64,000 nt of DNA from Eledone cirrhosa. Its lineage: Eukaryota. Positions within the stretch are counted from its first letter, which is position 1. Each line of letters begins with the position of its first letter. The stretch covers positions 92,690,001-92,754,000 of the forward strand of contig OZ024746.1 in the NCBI GenBank assembly GCA_964016885.1. The letters are read 5' to 3'. A model generated the notes under the pieces. It was given only the letters and a program-made list of their open reading frames with translations, did not search any database and was not told the origin of the DNA. This document shows positions 40,640-53,794 of this stretch, in pieces. Position numbers and translations under genes: made by a program.

Positions 40640-40872
40640 AACCCTTTAGCATTCACATTCACATTACTCTATATTTACTATTGTATTTTCACAGAAAAGG
40701 CTTTACCTCACATAATTATCTCACATAATATCGAATCTATGAGATTTTGATATTATTTATTTTGATAATAATACGTTAACCTTGGTATAAGCAGCCGGTT
40801 ACAATCAGTTTGAACAGAAAGAGGTGACAGAATTCTGGCTGGATATGGCTGGTTTAAATGCTAAAGGGCTAA
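40640..40872. mobile_element. piggyBac-like MITE (CCCTTTAGCATT…AATGCTAAAGGG); related decayed ends near 6490-6715, 27600-27960, 44350-44600, 61050-61190
   Basis: 12-bp TIR beginning CCCTTT; flanks are degenerate TTAA. Confidence 0.55.
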
Positions 40873-40964
40873 GGGCTGAGTAAGCCTAGCTCTGTTGCAT
40901 AACAACTCTTTGAAGTTTCTTTCATATTGATTCTATATGTTTTATCTTTCTTTCATTGTCAATA

Positions 40965-41530
40965 CTGGTTTACAATAGGTATACTATATCCCTGTGTGTA
41001 TCTAGTTTACAATAAGTACACGGAGTCCCTGTGTGTATCTGGTTTACAATCCATGCACTAGGACCTGGTGTGCAGTGTCAGTTGTTTGTAGGGAAGTAGT
41101 GGTTTGTACTTAGTGAAGTTTTTTAGAACCTTGTGTTTGCGATTCCTGTATGTATTATGAAGAAGTAGGGCTAGCTTTCATCTAAGCTAGAAATAGAATT
41201 TAATAAAAAATATATACACTGTATCCTTGTGTGTATCTGGTTTACAATAGGTACACTATACCTCTATGTGCATCTGGTTTACAATAGGTACACTGTATCC
41301 CTATGTGTATCTGGTTTACAATACGTACACTATATCTTTATGTGTATCTGGTTTACAATAGGTAAACTGTATCCCTGTGTATAACTAGTTTACAATAGGT
41401 ACATCACATCCCTATGTGTATCTAGTTTACAATAGGTACACTGTATCCCTGTGTGTATCTGGTTTACAATAGGTACACTATATCCCTATGTGTATCTGGT
41501 TTACAATCGGTACACCTCATACCTATGTGT
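40965..41530 (+). repeat. 37-bp minisatellite, same family as 5378-6050
   Basis: Units at 41231, 41268, 41305, 41342 and onward. Confidence 0.9.
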
Positions 41531-41759
41531 CAAAAAAGGCAACTAAAGGGTTGGGACCAGGAAAAGTATCTGGCTGTGAAATATTACACAACCCCCCAGT
41601 ACCCCAAGGTGTGTATAAAGCTTGTCAGAGGGCCTGTAGGCTAACAGCTTCTTTAGCAGGGAAGATGGCCTTACAACATTTGTTTTTCTTGCTCTTATTG
41701 TTTGCCAAAGAGAAAGACAAATAGAAAAGTTACCAAAGAAAATTTATCTTATTTTACAG

Positions 41760-41817
41760 GGATTCGAGGACTGTATTGTTATGGACGAGTTCCTTGACAA
41801 ATTCAAAAATAATTTTG
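41760..41817 (+). CDS. KMO: KMO exon 10 (GFEDCIVMDEFLDKFKNNF)
   Basis: GFEDC continues the motif from exon 9; tacAG / GTAAGT; 58 nt. Confidence 0.96.
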
Positions 41818-42665
41818 GTAAGTTGACCTCTCTCTCACCAGAACAGCTTTCTTTTTCTTTACCAACCTATTTCTCTCTTTTTATTTCTATGTGAGCTAAT
41901 TCTAAATCTAGAGCAAGGATCCTCAAAGTTGTTGATATCAACCAATCGGGTCAAGTTTATGTTTAGCTTACTACAACTACAAATCGAAAGTTTTCAATAA
42001 ATGAATATATTAATGAACAGAACCATATACAATAATGAAAGTATTAAAAATCAGTGTAATAGTAATCTACATCACAGAAAATGTATCACTGCAGAATTTC
42101 ATTAAAAGTTATGAGGAATACAATCAGCCAAATACAAGCAGCCAAAATGGGGTTCCTCCAAAGGCTCTTTGGAGTAATGTTACTCAATAGAGTGCGTAGC
42201 TTGGAGATCAAAGAGCCACTTGATGTAGAGCCACTACTTCTCTGAATTGAGAGATCACAGCTCCAGTACGATGGGCAGATTTTACAGGCAAAGCCAACCA
42301 GCAGGAGACCCAGGGGCAGACCCTGAGCAAGAGGGTTGGATAACATCCATGAGTTTGGCTAGTCTCACTTGGGGATCCAGCCAGATTAGTTGGAGACATT
42401 TGCTTCTGTCAGGACCTGCTGGAAGGAGTGTTTAAGGACTCTGCCTCCATCACCTTCTCAGGAGTAAGTGGGCGAAGAAGTTATGAGGAAAAAAAGTCAA
42501 GGGAAGGGGTAACACTAAATTATAGTTAATGCCACTTACAATAACTTAATTGTTGCTGTTTTGTTTCCGGGGAGATGGTATCTCTCAGTATTTGATATCG
42601 ATGTACCTTCTTTCTACATAAATATAATGACTTCTATTTTTTTCTTCCTTTTCAAATCTATATAG

Positions 42666-42748
42666 ATGAAGCCTTACCAAAATACACAGAGTTCCGACAT
42701 ATTGATGCTGTATCAATATGTGATTTAGCCCTGTATAATTATATTGAG
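42666..42748 (+). CDS. KMO: KMO exon 11 (DEALPKYTEFRHIDAVSICDLALYNYIE)
   Basis: DA.xI.DLA.YNY.E motif; atAG / GTACAT; 83 nt. Confidence 0.95.
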
Positions 42749-43608
42749 GTACATAAAACTATTTTATCATTCACCATATTTTGGGGCTTTACACATAGAT
42801 GCACACACACACACATTCTCTCTAAACATAGTTGTATGTTTGAATTTGAATATCATAAAAAGGGTAATTTTTATAAAGAAATGGTGACTTACATCAATAA
42901 AGATATAAGAAAAATTATGTTGAAAACAGTTAAATTCTGGTTGAAAACATTTTTCCTAACCAAAAGTGTGACTTTCCTGAAATTTTATTTCTGTTCACCA
43001 TGTGTGGCTTGGACCTTTTATCAGTTAAAATGGGGTCTATATTTTACAAATGGGGTTAGCATTGATGAACATCACATTCTGGTATTTTTGTTCTCATACC
43101 ATGAGTTGACGTTATCTTATATCTACGCACACACAAATATAGAAATTCTTCCAGAACTGTAAACTAAACGGACACTAGCTAGTTAATCAGTGAATGTGGC
43201 AAATGCATTGCCAGTAGATCAGAACCATAGAAACTGATGCATTGATCCGGGTATCTCAATTATCTTATCCACACAAAATCGCCTTCCTCACTGATTAATG
43301 TACATGAGAACTCTAACTAGTTGGATTTGAATTTTAATAATACAAACTTAATTGGTTATTGAGTGAGGAAACAACTGAAGCTATTTCCATTCTATTTGAC
43401 AAATTTCGTCTCTTAATTATATATATATTTATATGCATCATAATCCACCTGGTTGTGGTGGGGCTGAAAACGTTGTTAGAACTCAATGTGTCCTTGGAAG
43501 GATGTTTGCAGCAAGATTTGACAGTGTAACCAGTAGTTTTTGTGGTAGGTGATCACTGCCTACGGTAACATCGAAGAAAATCCGTCTGGATTACAGAGTG
43601 ATTTACAT

Positions 43609-43880
43609 ATATGTGTTTGTGCATAGAACAATAAAAAGAAATATTAGTCATGTGTAGGTTGAGAGTTAGTTCATTGTTTTACAATTGTTTAGTGTTTCTG
43701 AGGAGGACGGCCGATTGAACAGGGATTTCAAGACTAGAAATGGGTAGTAACTTAACCACTACCTTGCTAGTTGATACATCAGTCTTCATCAATCAATCGA
43801 CCTTCTGAAACGATCGTAAAACAATGAACTATCTACCTACACCTGAGTTCTGTTTTTTTATTGTTCTATGCACAAACACA
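43609..43880 (+). mobile_element. Fold-back Penelope-like relic with ~80-bp inverted arms
   Basis: tgtgtttgtgcatagaacaataaaaa… versus …tttttattgttctatgcacaaacaca. Confidence 0.8.
43693..43823 (+). ncRNA. Minimal hammerhead with ~100-nt stem II and palindromic stem III
   Basis: TGTTT-CTGAGGA-GGAcGGcCGATTGA…TCAATCGaCCtTCT-GAAAC-GATC-GTA-AAACA. Confidence 0.85.
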
Positions 43881-44136
43881 AGTATCCACCACTTCCAACT
43901 AACTTAACCTCCACCTCTGGGTCCTGGCCAACAGGATAGAAAATACATTGACCCGGAGGATGGCAAGGGAGATGCAGTGGAACAACCATTCCACCTCACA
44001 GGGCTCGCACCTGCATGCAGCCTCTGCTCTGATAGCAGAGAGTAGGGATGAGGTCCATGGGCCAAGAATACCAAAGTTAATAGGTTTCTATTGAAATATC
44101 TCATCCTCAAATATCACTTTCTTTCTCTATGGACAG

Positions 44137-44238
44137 ATGCGGTCTTTGGTGAATTCCAAGATATTCCTGGTTAGGAAATACCTGGACAACTTCCTCAACA
44201 AAATCTTCCCACAACGATGGATTCCACTTTACTCAATG
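44137..44238 (+). CDS. KMO: KMO exon 12 (MRSLVNSKIFLVRKYLDNFLNKIFPQRWIPLYSM)
   Basis: MR..V…WIPLYSM motif; acAG / GTAACA; 102 nt. Confidence 0.95.
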
Positions 44239-45133
44239 GTAACACACAGAACTCTCTGTCTCTCCTATCTATTTTCCCTTTTACACACACACACTCTCTC
44301 ACTACTTCTCTTTCATTTTCACTTTCTTCCCCTCCAAATTCTTGATTGTTTTTAAAATAATTTGAAAATCATAGGCATTGTCTTTTGCTAGAAATATAGT
44401 AACAAAAGGGTTAAAATGTTTATAGTTATCTTTAAAAATCTTCCATCATAATTTTCTGTAAGAATATTTATTATTAACACTAACTTAATAATGTGAAACT
44501 TATTTTACTAGATCTCGCTACATTCTTGATTAATTACAAAAGGATTTCAAAATTATAAGCAATGTTTTTCATTATAAATGTGGTAATGAAAGGGTTAAGT
44601 GATATTTCAAATGTCAGCTTGATAATTCTTTCTCAGAAGTTAGGAAGTTACAACTTATATTTCCCCTCCATGATATACATCCACACACATGCATGTGTGT
44701 ATATGATGACACACACTGTTCACTTTTCTGACTTTTGTACATATTCTATGTATTATACATGCACCTTTGATGAATTGTAGTGCACCTGAGCAATGTACAC
44801 AATATTGTAAAGCATTCTGTCTGATGTTCTAATGACTCTACAATCCACAACACTCAAACATCAGTTTAATAGTTAGAAAGTTAGTATTTTACCTAATACT
44901 TGATTATTGTCTAAATGATTTGGAAATTATAAACAAATATTATTAGCAAATATGGTAAGGTGTATACTAAATAAAAGGAGGCCCTAGTAGTAAAAAAACT
45001 ATGGCAAACATTTTGCCCATTTAGCCATAGATTTTCATGTCATATTCTTCAGCTAACATGAGATTTGAAACTCTGACTCCAGTGATTAAAGTCAGTTATA
45101 CATAATTAATTAATTATTTAATTCTATTTGCAG

Positions 45134-45193
45134 GTCAGTTTCTCCAGAATTCGTTACCACGAATGTATTGCTAATAGGAAGTGGCAGGATGAG
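45134..45193 (+). CDS. KMO: KMO exon 13 (VSFSRIRYHECIANRKWQDE)
   Basis: V.FSRIRYHE…WQ motif; tgcAG / GTGAGA; 60 nt. Confidence 0.95.
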
Positions 45194-45320
45194 GTGAGAG
45201 AGGGAGAACTTTTATTTCATATATGCACACAGATACATACACACAAACACATACAAATACTGACACAATCACATACACACACATACATGGTTACAAAGAC
45301 ACACTCACACACACATATAT

Positions 45321-45367
<47 letters not shown>

Positions 45368-45375
<8 letters not shown>

Positions 45376-45824
45376 AGAACAAAAGATGGTTAAAAGAGTT
45401 CCATGTATTTTATTATGCGCATTTCAAAAACAAATATCATCATGTAATAATATTTGTGTTTTCATCAGATAAAATAGGAAGACATGATATGAAGGTTAAA
45501 AAACACTTGTGGATAGTGCAGTTTTAAATCAACTGCACTATCATGGTAAGACTGGGGTTCCTGTCATTAAAACACCCAAGAAGCCATCTATAAGGTGTAA
45601 CCTTGTGGTGTCAGTTGTAAAATCCGTTTTTTTTTTATTACTTTTGCTTCATTCATCTCATCACCCATATTGTGTCTATCCACAAGTGTTTTTTAACCTT
45701 CATATCATGTCTTCCTATTTTATCTGATGAAAACACAAATATTATTACATGATGATATTTGTTTTTGAAATGCGCATAATAAAATACATGGAACTCTTTT
45801 AACCCCCTTTTGTTCTTATATATT
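45368..45824. mobile_element. Fold-back Penelope-like relic with near-identical ~147-bp inverted arms, each carrying an HHR
   Basis: 45368-45515 is the reverse complement of 45676-45824; abuts (TA)n. Confidence 0.88.
45716..45786 (+). ncRNA. Minimal hammerhead ribozyme (antisense twin at 45406-45476)
   Basis: TATTTTAT-CTGATGA-AAAcACAAATATTATTA/TGATGATATTTGTtTTT-GAAAT-GCGC-ATA-ATAAAATA; stem III palindrome ATGCGCAT. Confidence 0.88.
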
Positions 45825-45909
45825 ATGTATACTCCAGTCCTACAAACTGTAGAGTGCTTCTTATCCGATATCTGCATTGCTTTATTGTACTACAATAAAA
45901 CTCACCTCC

Positions 45910-45950
<41 letters not shown>

Positions 45951-46623
45951 GCAGAGTGAGAGAGAAATGCATAAACACATGTACACACTTCTCAATACAA
46001 AAACAGTCATACACTTGCATACTGATGCATGTGTAGGCACATGTACATACACATGCACAGAAATACACACACATGCATGTGCATGCACATACAATTATGC
46101 ATAAACCATATACAGACATGTATGCATACATATCTATACACATGTGTAGATATAGATGCACATGCACACATGGCATAAATATATGCACACAAACTCCCAC
46201 ACTACCATCATCATCATCCTACTTTTACATCCATTTTCCCACATATAATATCATCGTTTTTATGTCCATTTTTCCATGCTTGCATGGGTTGAATAGGTCC
46301 TTCACAGCACGGCATCTCTCCGCTTGTTGCGTTCCTTCATCATCTCCTCTGCCAATCTTAGTGATTTGAGGTCCGCTTTCACAACCTCTGCCCAGGTCTA
46401 TCTTGGTCGTCCTCTATTGCAACTTCCTTCCACTGGGATTTCCCGGCATTTCTTCATCCATCAGTCATTGTCCATGTCCATCGTATAATAAAAATGTATG
46501 CACTACAAACCTTATTAGATTTGAGATACATTTAATATAGATACAACTACATCAACAACAATGATGATAATGATTAAGATGAGTTTCTTTATGCTAACAT
46601 GGAAGATAGACGTTAAATGATGG

Positions 46624-46660
<37 letters not shown>

Positions 46661-46838
46661 GAAGAAGGAGCTACGAAATTTGCAGCTACTCTGATGAAAT
46701 TGAAGTTTTTGATATTCAGTTTAAATTGTTCCAGGGTAACCTCCAGAGGAAAAATATGTACAGAGAGAGTATTTCAGAGGGACAATGTCCATAAGAGAAA
46801 GAACTGAGTGTAGGGTTAGTGCAGGACCTTGGGTGGTT

Positions 46839-46978
46839 GATAGACACAATATGGGTGATGAGATGAATGAAGCAAAAGTAATTTTAAAAAAACGGATTTT
46901 ACAACTGACACCACAAGGTTACATCTTATAGATGGCTTCTTGGGTGTTTTAATGACAGGAACCCCAGTCTTACCATGA
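46839..46978 (-). repeat. Inverted copy of 45541-45680 (the spacer of the fold-back element)
   Basis: ~140 bp near-identical reverse complement. Confidence 0.88.
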
Positions 46979-47349
46979 AATGAAGTACTTTACTCCAGAA
47001 CATAATGCATCGCCTGGTTTAGGAACTGAATGTATGAATTTAGGATAAACAAATACTTCAATTACATGTATGTATATGTAATGTGGTAAATGAATATATA
47101 CATATACATCAAATCTGAACACAATGGAACCAAACTCCTATTGTCATTGCTTCTGTCTCTCCTGCTTTCCCCATCTCTCATTGTGACTCCAACACCTTAT
47201 CTACTAGGCCATGTGCATTCACCTCAGAAAATTGCAATAATGCTGATATTAATATTGATGATGATGACAAGGGTTATTGAACTGTAATTGATATTATGAC
47301 TAAAACAAAGTGTAAACATCCTTCTCATATGCGTTTATTATTTTTCCAG

Positions 47350-47460
47350 TTGCTGACAAAGACAGGGAAACTTGTAACTTTGGTCACTTGTTTTGGTACC
47401 TTTACCTGGATGCTCCAAGACCAGATACTACACTTCATACAAGATACACTCTCCTTCTGA
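47350..47460 (+). CDS. KMO: KMO terminal exon 14 (LLTKTGKLVTLVTCFGTFTWMLQDQILHFIQDTLSF*), hydrophobic membrane-anchor-like tail
   Basis: tttttccAG acceptor, phase 0, TGA at 47458-47460; hydrophobic stretch as expected for the KMO C-terminal anchor; less conserved than other exons. Confidence 0.8.
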   Translation: MLTKTGKLVTLVTCFGTFTWMLQDQILHFIQDTLSF

Positions 47461-47699
47461 ACACAGATAACATTCTGCTGCCACCAAAATGACAAACTAT
47501 TAAAAGAGAGAAAGAAGAACAAAGAAAAGGGCAACACATAGGCTTCTAAATATATGTCTCATATAATTTCGTTTAGAAGTGAATTTTACAGGATTAGCAG
47601 TGTTTCATTCGGTGTGAAAGTGAATCAGTTTTGGGCTTTTCTTATGATTTCACCACAGAATGAAACAGTACTCGTCTTGTAGAAGTTACTTCTTAACAA

Positions 47700-47916
47700 A
47701 ATAAAATTAAGCACTTTCTTTGTCTGTTTTATGTATTGTGTACTTCACTTTAACTGTGGTTTTATTCCGTTCTTTAACAGAATATCACCCCATTATCTGT
47801 GTATATATATACATATATATATGGTTTGTATTTGTTTTTGTTTTGCAAGATACTAAATGTAAAACCATATGCTGAAACATATTGTTATATTTTGTGATAG
47901 TTATTCTGCCAATAAA
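47700..47916 (+). terminator. Candidate KMO polyadenylation signals (AATAAA at 47700 and 47911)
   Basis: Canonical hexamers about 240 and 450 nt after the stop; AT-rich context weakens the call. Confidence 0.5.
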
Positions 47917-49757
47917 AACATAACTATGGCTTTTTAAAGGATTTCTCTGTGACTTCCTTATTTATATTTATGCAGAGGTAAATGTTCAATTCGAATGCTT
48001 GGTAATAATATCCAAAACATTTATGTATATTTATTCATCTATCTATAGATATCATTTCATTAAAATTCGTTTTCATACAAGAAAACACATAAAAATAGTT
48101 GAAGATAGGATTCCAGCTCAAATATGAGATTTATCGCTATAAACTATTCAAAGAAGCAAATTACAATTCAGGTTTGAGTTGTATGAAATCCAATTTTACC
48201 ACTGTGCTTATGTGTTTTCAGAATGTAATATTTACGAGGTATCAATTAATTTAAATTTTCCTCATTTTAATAATTCTGAAGATTCTAATTTTTCTTTTAT
48301 TTAATTAATTAGTAATTAATTATTAGTCAACTCAAAATATGGAAGAAACCATCATAAATTAATTAAAATGAGATATAATTAACTGTTTTTGTCCCTTATA
48401 TTATTATAATAGCTATACATATCTACCCATGCTAGCATGGAAGATGGACGTTAATCGTTTTACGTCCATTTCTCCATGCTGGCATGGGTTAGAAAAGTTT
48501 TAAGTCAGGTGACCATGTCTCGCTCATATAGAACTGATTTGGGCTTCGTTTCTATGGCCGGATGCCCTTCCTAACGCCAACCTCATTTACAGTGAGTACT
48601 GGGTGCTTTTTGTTGTGATACCTACACGACCACTTTACAGTGTTTGCTGGGTGCTTTTTGTTGTGACACCTACACAACCACTTTACAGTGAGGCTGGGTG
48701 CTTTTTACCATGTCACCATCATGACCACTTTACAGTATATCAATACATATGTATAATACAGTTGAGACAAATATTAACAACACTTTACCATTGCTGCATT
48801 TGATAATACTGGTATCTTGCTTATTGCTAGGCAATTTAGTGACTGAATATTTCACATCATGAATGAATACAAAGCTAGTCTTTAGAAAATTACATTTTAA
48901 AGGAACTAATTTATGATTTTGTGTCAGGATGTTAGATCTATTGAAGTCGAGTTGGGATATAATGAGATATTAAGAGAAATATATTAAATACATTTCCTGT
49001 TCATTTGTTTAAAAACATGATTTTGCCTGAAGTGAAGAACCAAATTAATAAGGTTGTCATCGGACATGTGTGGTGGTGCATGGCCTGATGGTAAGGGTAT
49101 TGGACTTGCGGTCATAATGTTGTGGGTTTGATTCCTGGTCTGGGTTGAGTGTTGTGTTCTTGAGCAAAACACTTCATTTCACATTGCTCCAGTATACTCA
49201 GCTGAAAATAAGTACCAACAATAGATGGGGTTTTAACCCTGTGATGGACTGGCATCCTGTTCAGGAGAAAGTCCTGTACGCTCAATCACATCATGCTACG
49301 GAAACCGGAATAAGCATTGGCCTGATGAGCTTCTGGGTTCCAGTCAGACTTTTGACATTAGACATTAGATATGTGGATTCTGGCAAATCAATCACCACAT
49401 ACATTTAATTTATAAATATGATGATATTGCAGAAAGTGGTGGCAAAAACTTTGTGAAGTTTATACCCTTCAAATTGCAAAGTTTGTTTAACATATGCCAG
49501 TTTGATAAGAGAATATAAACCTGACTTTAATTATATAGGGAGGTTTATTTAATGCCATGGGCCATAGATCAATCTACCAGGTTTCAAAGAAAATAATTTC
49601 AAAAAATGACAGCTGTGAAATTTAAAATCTGTTTCTCTATACAACTTACATATTTCGAGTTTTGTATGACTTGGCAATTATCTTGAAGAATTTAAGGTGA
49701 ATATCAATTTTCTCTTATGATATATTTATTTCAAGGATATATATAAATAAATAAATA

Positions 49758-51285
49758 TCATCATCATCATTATCATCATTGTTTAACGTCTATCTTCCAC
49801 GCTAGCATGGGTTAGACGGGTTTGACTCATTTAGAGGCAAGTTGGGTCAGGTGACCATATCTCACACATACAAGACTTGTTTCTGGCTGGTTTTCTACAG
49901 CTGGATGTCCTTCCTAGCACCAACCACATTTACAGTGTGGGCTGGGTGCTTTTTGTCGTGACACCTACATGACCACTTTACAGAGTGGGCTGGGCACTTT
50001 TTGCCGTGTCACCATCACAACCACTTTACAGCGTGGGCTAGGGAGTGCTTCACTGGATTCATTTACTTTGACCTGTCCTCCTGGGAGTGTATGAGGGGAA
50101 GGTCTGGGCTGGGGCATACTGTATATAAGTTTCGGCTTGTGCTCGTGGGGAGTCGGGTCTTCTGTATTACTGTGTATCGCTAGAGATCTCGGTCATGTGT
50201 CATTGCCTTTGAGAAGTACAATTGGGCAAGGTCGGCTTATATCACCTCATCCCAAGTCTTCCTGGATCTCCCCACTCCAAGGCTTCCATCAACTTTGAGC
50301 ACTCTGCACTTTTTTATTATACAGTTGTCATCCTTCATACACATCACATACCAATGCAATCTCCTTTCCTGCATACAGCATTTGATTCCTCTTATGCCTA
50401 GTTTCTCTCTCAGTTCATTTATGCTTCACCGTTCTCGGAGCATGCAAGCTACATTTATTTCCAATCTACACAAGTCATCTGCACACAGCGCCCAGGTCTC
50501 ACTACCATGCAACATAGCTGTTCGAATGCACATATCATACGGTCTGCCTTTCATTCTGAGGGAGAAGCCTTTTGTAACCAGTAGTGGTAGTAGCTCCCTG
50601 AACTTCCTCCATCTCGTTCTTACTCTGGCTACTGTACTTTCAGAACACCCACCACCACTGCTAATTCGGTCACCTAAGTAGTAGAAGCTGTCTACTGTTT
50701 CTACAGAGCCCTCTCAGAATTTGGTAGCGCATGTTTCCTGTGGTCGTTTTCTGTTTACTATTCCAGTGCAACTGCTACATGTAAAGCCTACATTCGTAGC
50801 TAAACTTCCTGAGATCCCACTACATCTCTTGTGTACCCAGTTTGCATATGGGGCAGAAGCTGGAGTTTCTACCTACGCCTTTCCTACTTACTGGACAAGT
50901 CTATTTCCCCGAGGAGATCTGGGTTCTGTTTCCTCTTCTTCTTACTAGGACCTTAGTCTTTGTCAGGTTGACTTTGAGACCCTTTTATTCTAGGTCCAGC
51001 TTCCATGTTTGGAATTTCTCCTCTAGTTCCGCCATATTGGAGGTACATTCTTCACCCGGGAAGGCTTTCATGTTTACAAGCATCCATTTATCTTGTCCTC
51101 TGGTAAGGATAACATCTATCTGGCTAGCATGCTTCCCGGATCAGGTGGTTGTTGGGTTTTTTGAAGTTTGTGTTACATAACGACAAGTCATTGGCATCGC
51201 AGAATTCTAGAAGCCTGTAACTGTCTTCATTTCTTTCACCAAACCCGTAGACTCCATGAACTGTGTAGAAGCCATAACTATGTTT
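49758..51285 (-). mobile_element. RTE family B LINE, decayed, with internal deletion
   Basis: Homologous to 31531-32790, plus endonuclease remnant GFGERNEDSYRLLEFCDANDL..NTNFKKP. Confidence 0.85.
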
Positions 51286-51289
51286 TCCA

Positions 51290-53189
51290 AAGAAAAATAG
51301 CGAAGTAAAGTTAAAATGAAATCCTAAACTTCTTGAAATTTCATTAAAAGTAACCATGTTGACTTTGCAGACGATTGTTTCATGTGTGTGTGTGTGTATA
51401 TATATAAATATACCTGTAAATATATATATTTATGTATGCATGTATGGATTTGCAGTGTGTGCAAAATTTTTTGGGGTGCAAAATCACATCAATTTTACAG
51501 TCAAGTTGGAAGTAAAACTGTAAACATACTTACCAACACCAAGTCCGAACTTGGTCGCTCTACCAGGTAAAGATATCTCGAACAAAATTAATAAATTAAT
51601 AAAACATGACAATAAAACATCAATGTATTCGCCATAATCACATTCACAACTTTATAATGAAACATTGATAAAGAAAAATAACGAAGAGTTAAAATGAAAA
51701 TCTAAACTTCGTGAAATTCCGTTAAAAGTATTCGTGTTTACTTGGCAGACGATTGTTTCATGTGTGTGAGTATATATATAAATATAGGTGTAAACATATG
51801 TATATATTGATGTATGCATGTATGTATATATATATTATTGTATTGGATTGGCAGTATCGGTAGAGAGTCGGACGCCATACGTTGACGCATAGAGTTACGG
51901 CCCTTGCCATTCTGAGTTCAAATCCCGCCGAGGTTAACTTTGCCTTTCATCCTTACGGGGTCGATAAAATAAAGTACCAGTAATACACTGGGTAATTGCT
52001 GGCCTTGTGCCAAAAGTAGAAACAATTATTTACAAAACTATTTTTCTAATATCGTGTTTGATAATTCATATAGTGTCGTCTGGTTTTCTTCCATTTAATC
52101 ACGACGTAACTCTAAACACACTCCCCTTCATTTACTTACTGTCTCTCTCTCTCTCTCTTTCTTTCCCCTCTCACACAGCCTCTGCTTTCTCATCTCTCTC
52201 TCTCTCTCTTTATCTATTCTTCTTTCCCTCTCTCTCTGTCTTACCTCCTATTCACTCAACATCCCTCTCAGTGCAACTGTTTCTCTCTCTCTCTCTCTCT
52301 CTCTGCAGCTCCTCTCTATATCTCTCTCTCTCACCACCCTATCTCTGTGTCGTCATATCTCACTCCTGCTACCACCACACTATCTCCTTTCTGTCTCTCT
52401 CACCAACCAACCATAAACACTATCACCTCATTTCTCTCTCCGGGAATAAAATTGCGGGTGTGCAAAATCAGATCAGTTTTACAGTCAAAGGGGAAGTAAA
52501 TCTGGATGCATACAGAAAACACCCCCTCCTACCACTGCACTATCGTCTTTCTGTCTCTCTCACCAACCGAACATAGACGCTCTCACCTCTCCTCTTCTAT
52601 TCTCCGTTCTCTCTCCTGCAATTGCGGGTGTGCAAAATCACATCAGTTTTACAGTCAATTGGAAGTAAAACTGTAAACATGCTGAACGACACCAAGTCCA
52701 AACGTGGGCGCTCTACCGGGTAAAAATATCTCGAACGAAATCAATAAATTAATAAAACATGACAATAAAACATCAATGTATTCGCCATAATCACATTCAC
52801 ATCTTTATAATAAAACATTGATAAAGAAAAATAACGAAGTAAAGTGAAATTCCGTTAAAAGTATTCGTGTTTACTTTGCAGACGATTGTTTCATGTGTGT
52901 GTATATATCTGAATATACCTGTAAACATATGTATATATTTATGTATGTATGTATATATAAATGATTGTATTATTTACACACTACAACGCTATTAGCTGTC
53001 AGTCGAAGCAGCCGATGAAAGCAGGCGAAGGTGACGTCATTCGTCAAACAGTAATGTACTGGTATTTGCTGGCCTTGTGCCAAAAGTAGAAACAATTAAA
53101 TCACGACGTAACTCTCAACACACTCCCTTTCGTTTACTTACTCTCTCTCTCTCTCTCTCTATCACTCTATCTTTATCTCTTCTTCTTTC

Positions 53190-53224
<35 letters not shown>

Positions 53225-53790
53225 CTCTATCTTTATCTCTTCTTCTTTCCCTCTCTCTCTCTATCTATCTCTCTCTCACTCTTTATCTCTTCTTCTTTCC
53301 CTCTCTCTGCCTTACCTCCTATTCAGTCTTCATCGCTCTCTCTCTAACCCTCTGTCAGTCTCTCATCTGTATTTCTCTGCCTTTCTCTCCCTCTCACCAC
53401 CCTCTCTCTCTGTGTCGTCATATCTCACTCCTGCTACCACCACACTATCTCCTTTCTGTCTCTCTCACCAACCAACCATAAACACTATCACCTCATTTCT
53501 CTCTCCGGGAATAAAATTGCGGGTGTGCAAAATCAGATCAGTTTTACAGTCAAGGGGGAAGTAAATCTGGATGCATACAGAAAACACCCCCTCCTACCAC
53601 TGCACTATCGTCTTTCTGTCTCTCTCACCAACCGAACATAGACGCTCTCACCTCTCCTCTTCTATTCTCCGTTCTCTCTCCTGCAATTGCGGGTGTGCAA
53701 AATCACATCAGTTTTACAGTCAATTGGAAGTAAAACTGTAAATATACAAAACGACACCATGTCCAAACTTGGGCGCTCTGCCAGGTAAAA
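51290..53790 (+). repeat. Local tandem amplification of a ~1.1-kb composite unit
   Basis: gtgcaaaatcacatca.ttttacagtcaa block at ~51476, 52629, 53695; 52345-52680 nearly identical to 53411-53745. Confidence 0.88.
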
Positions 53791-53794
53791 ATAA

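Noticed and set aside
41215-41530. Regular 37-bp repeats as a CRISPR array
   Set aside because: Head-to-tail units with no unique spacers, in a eukaryotic intron with no cas genes.
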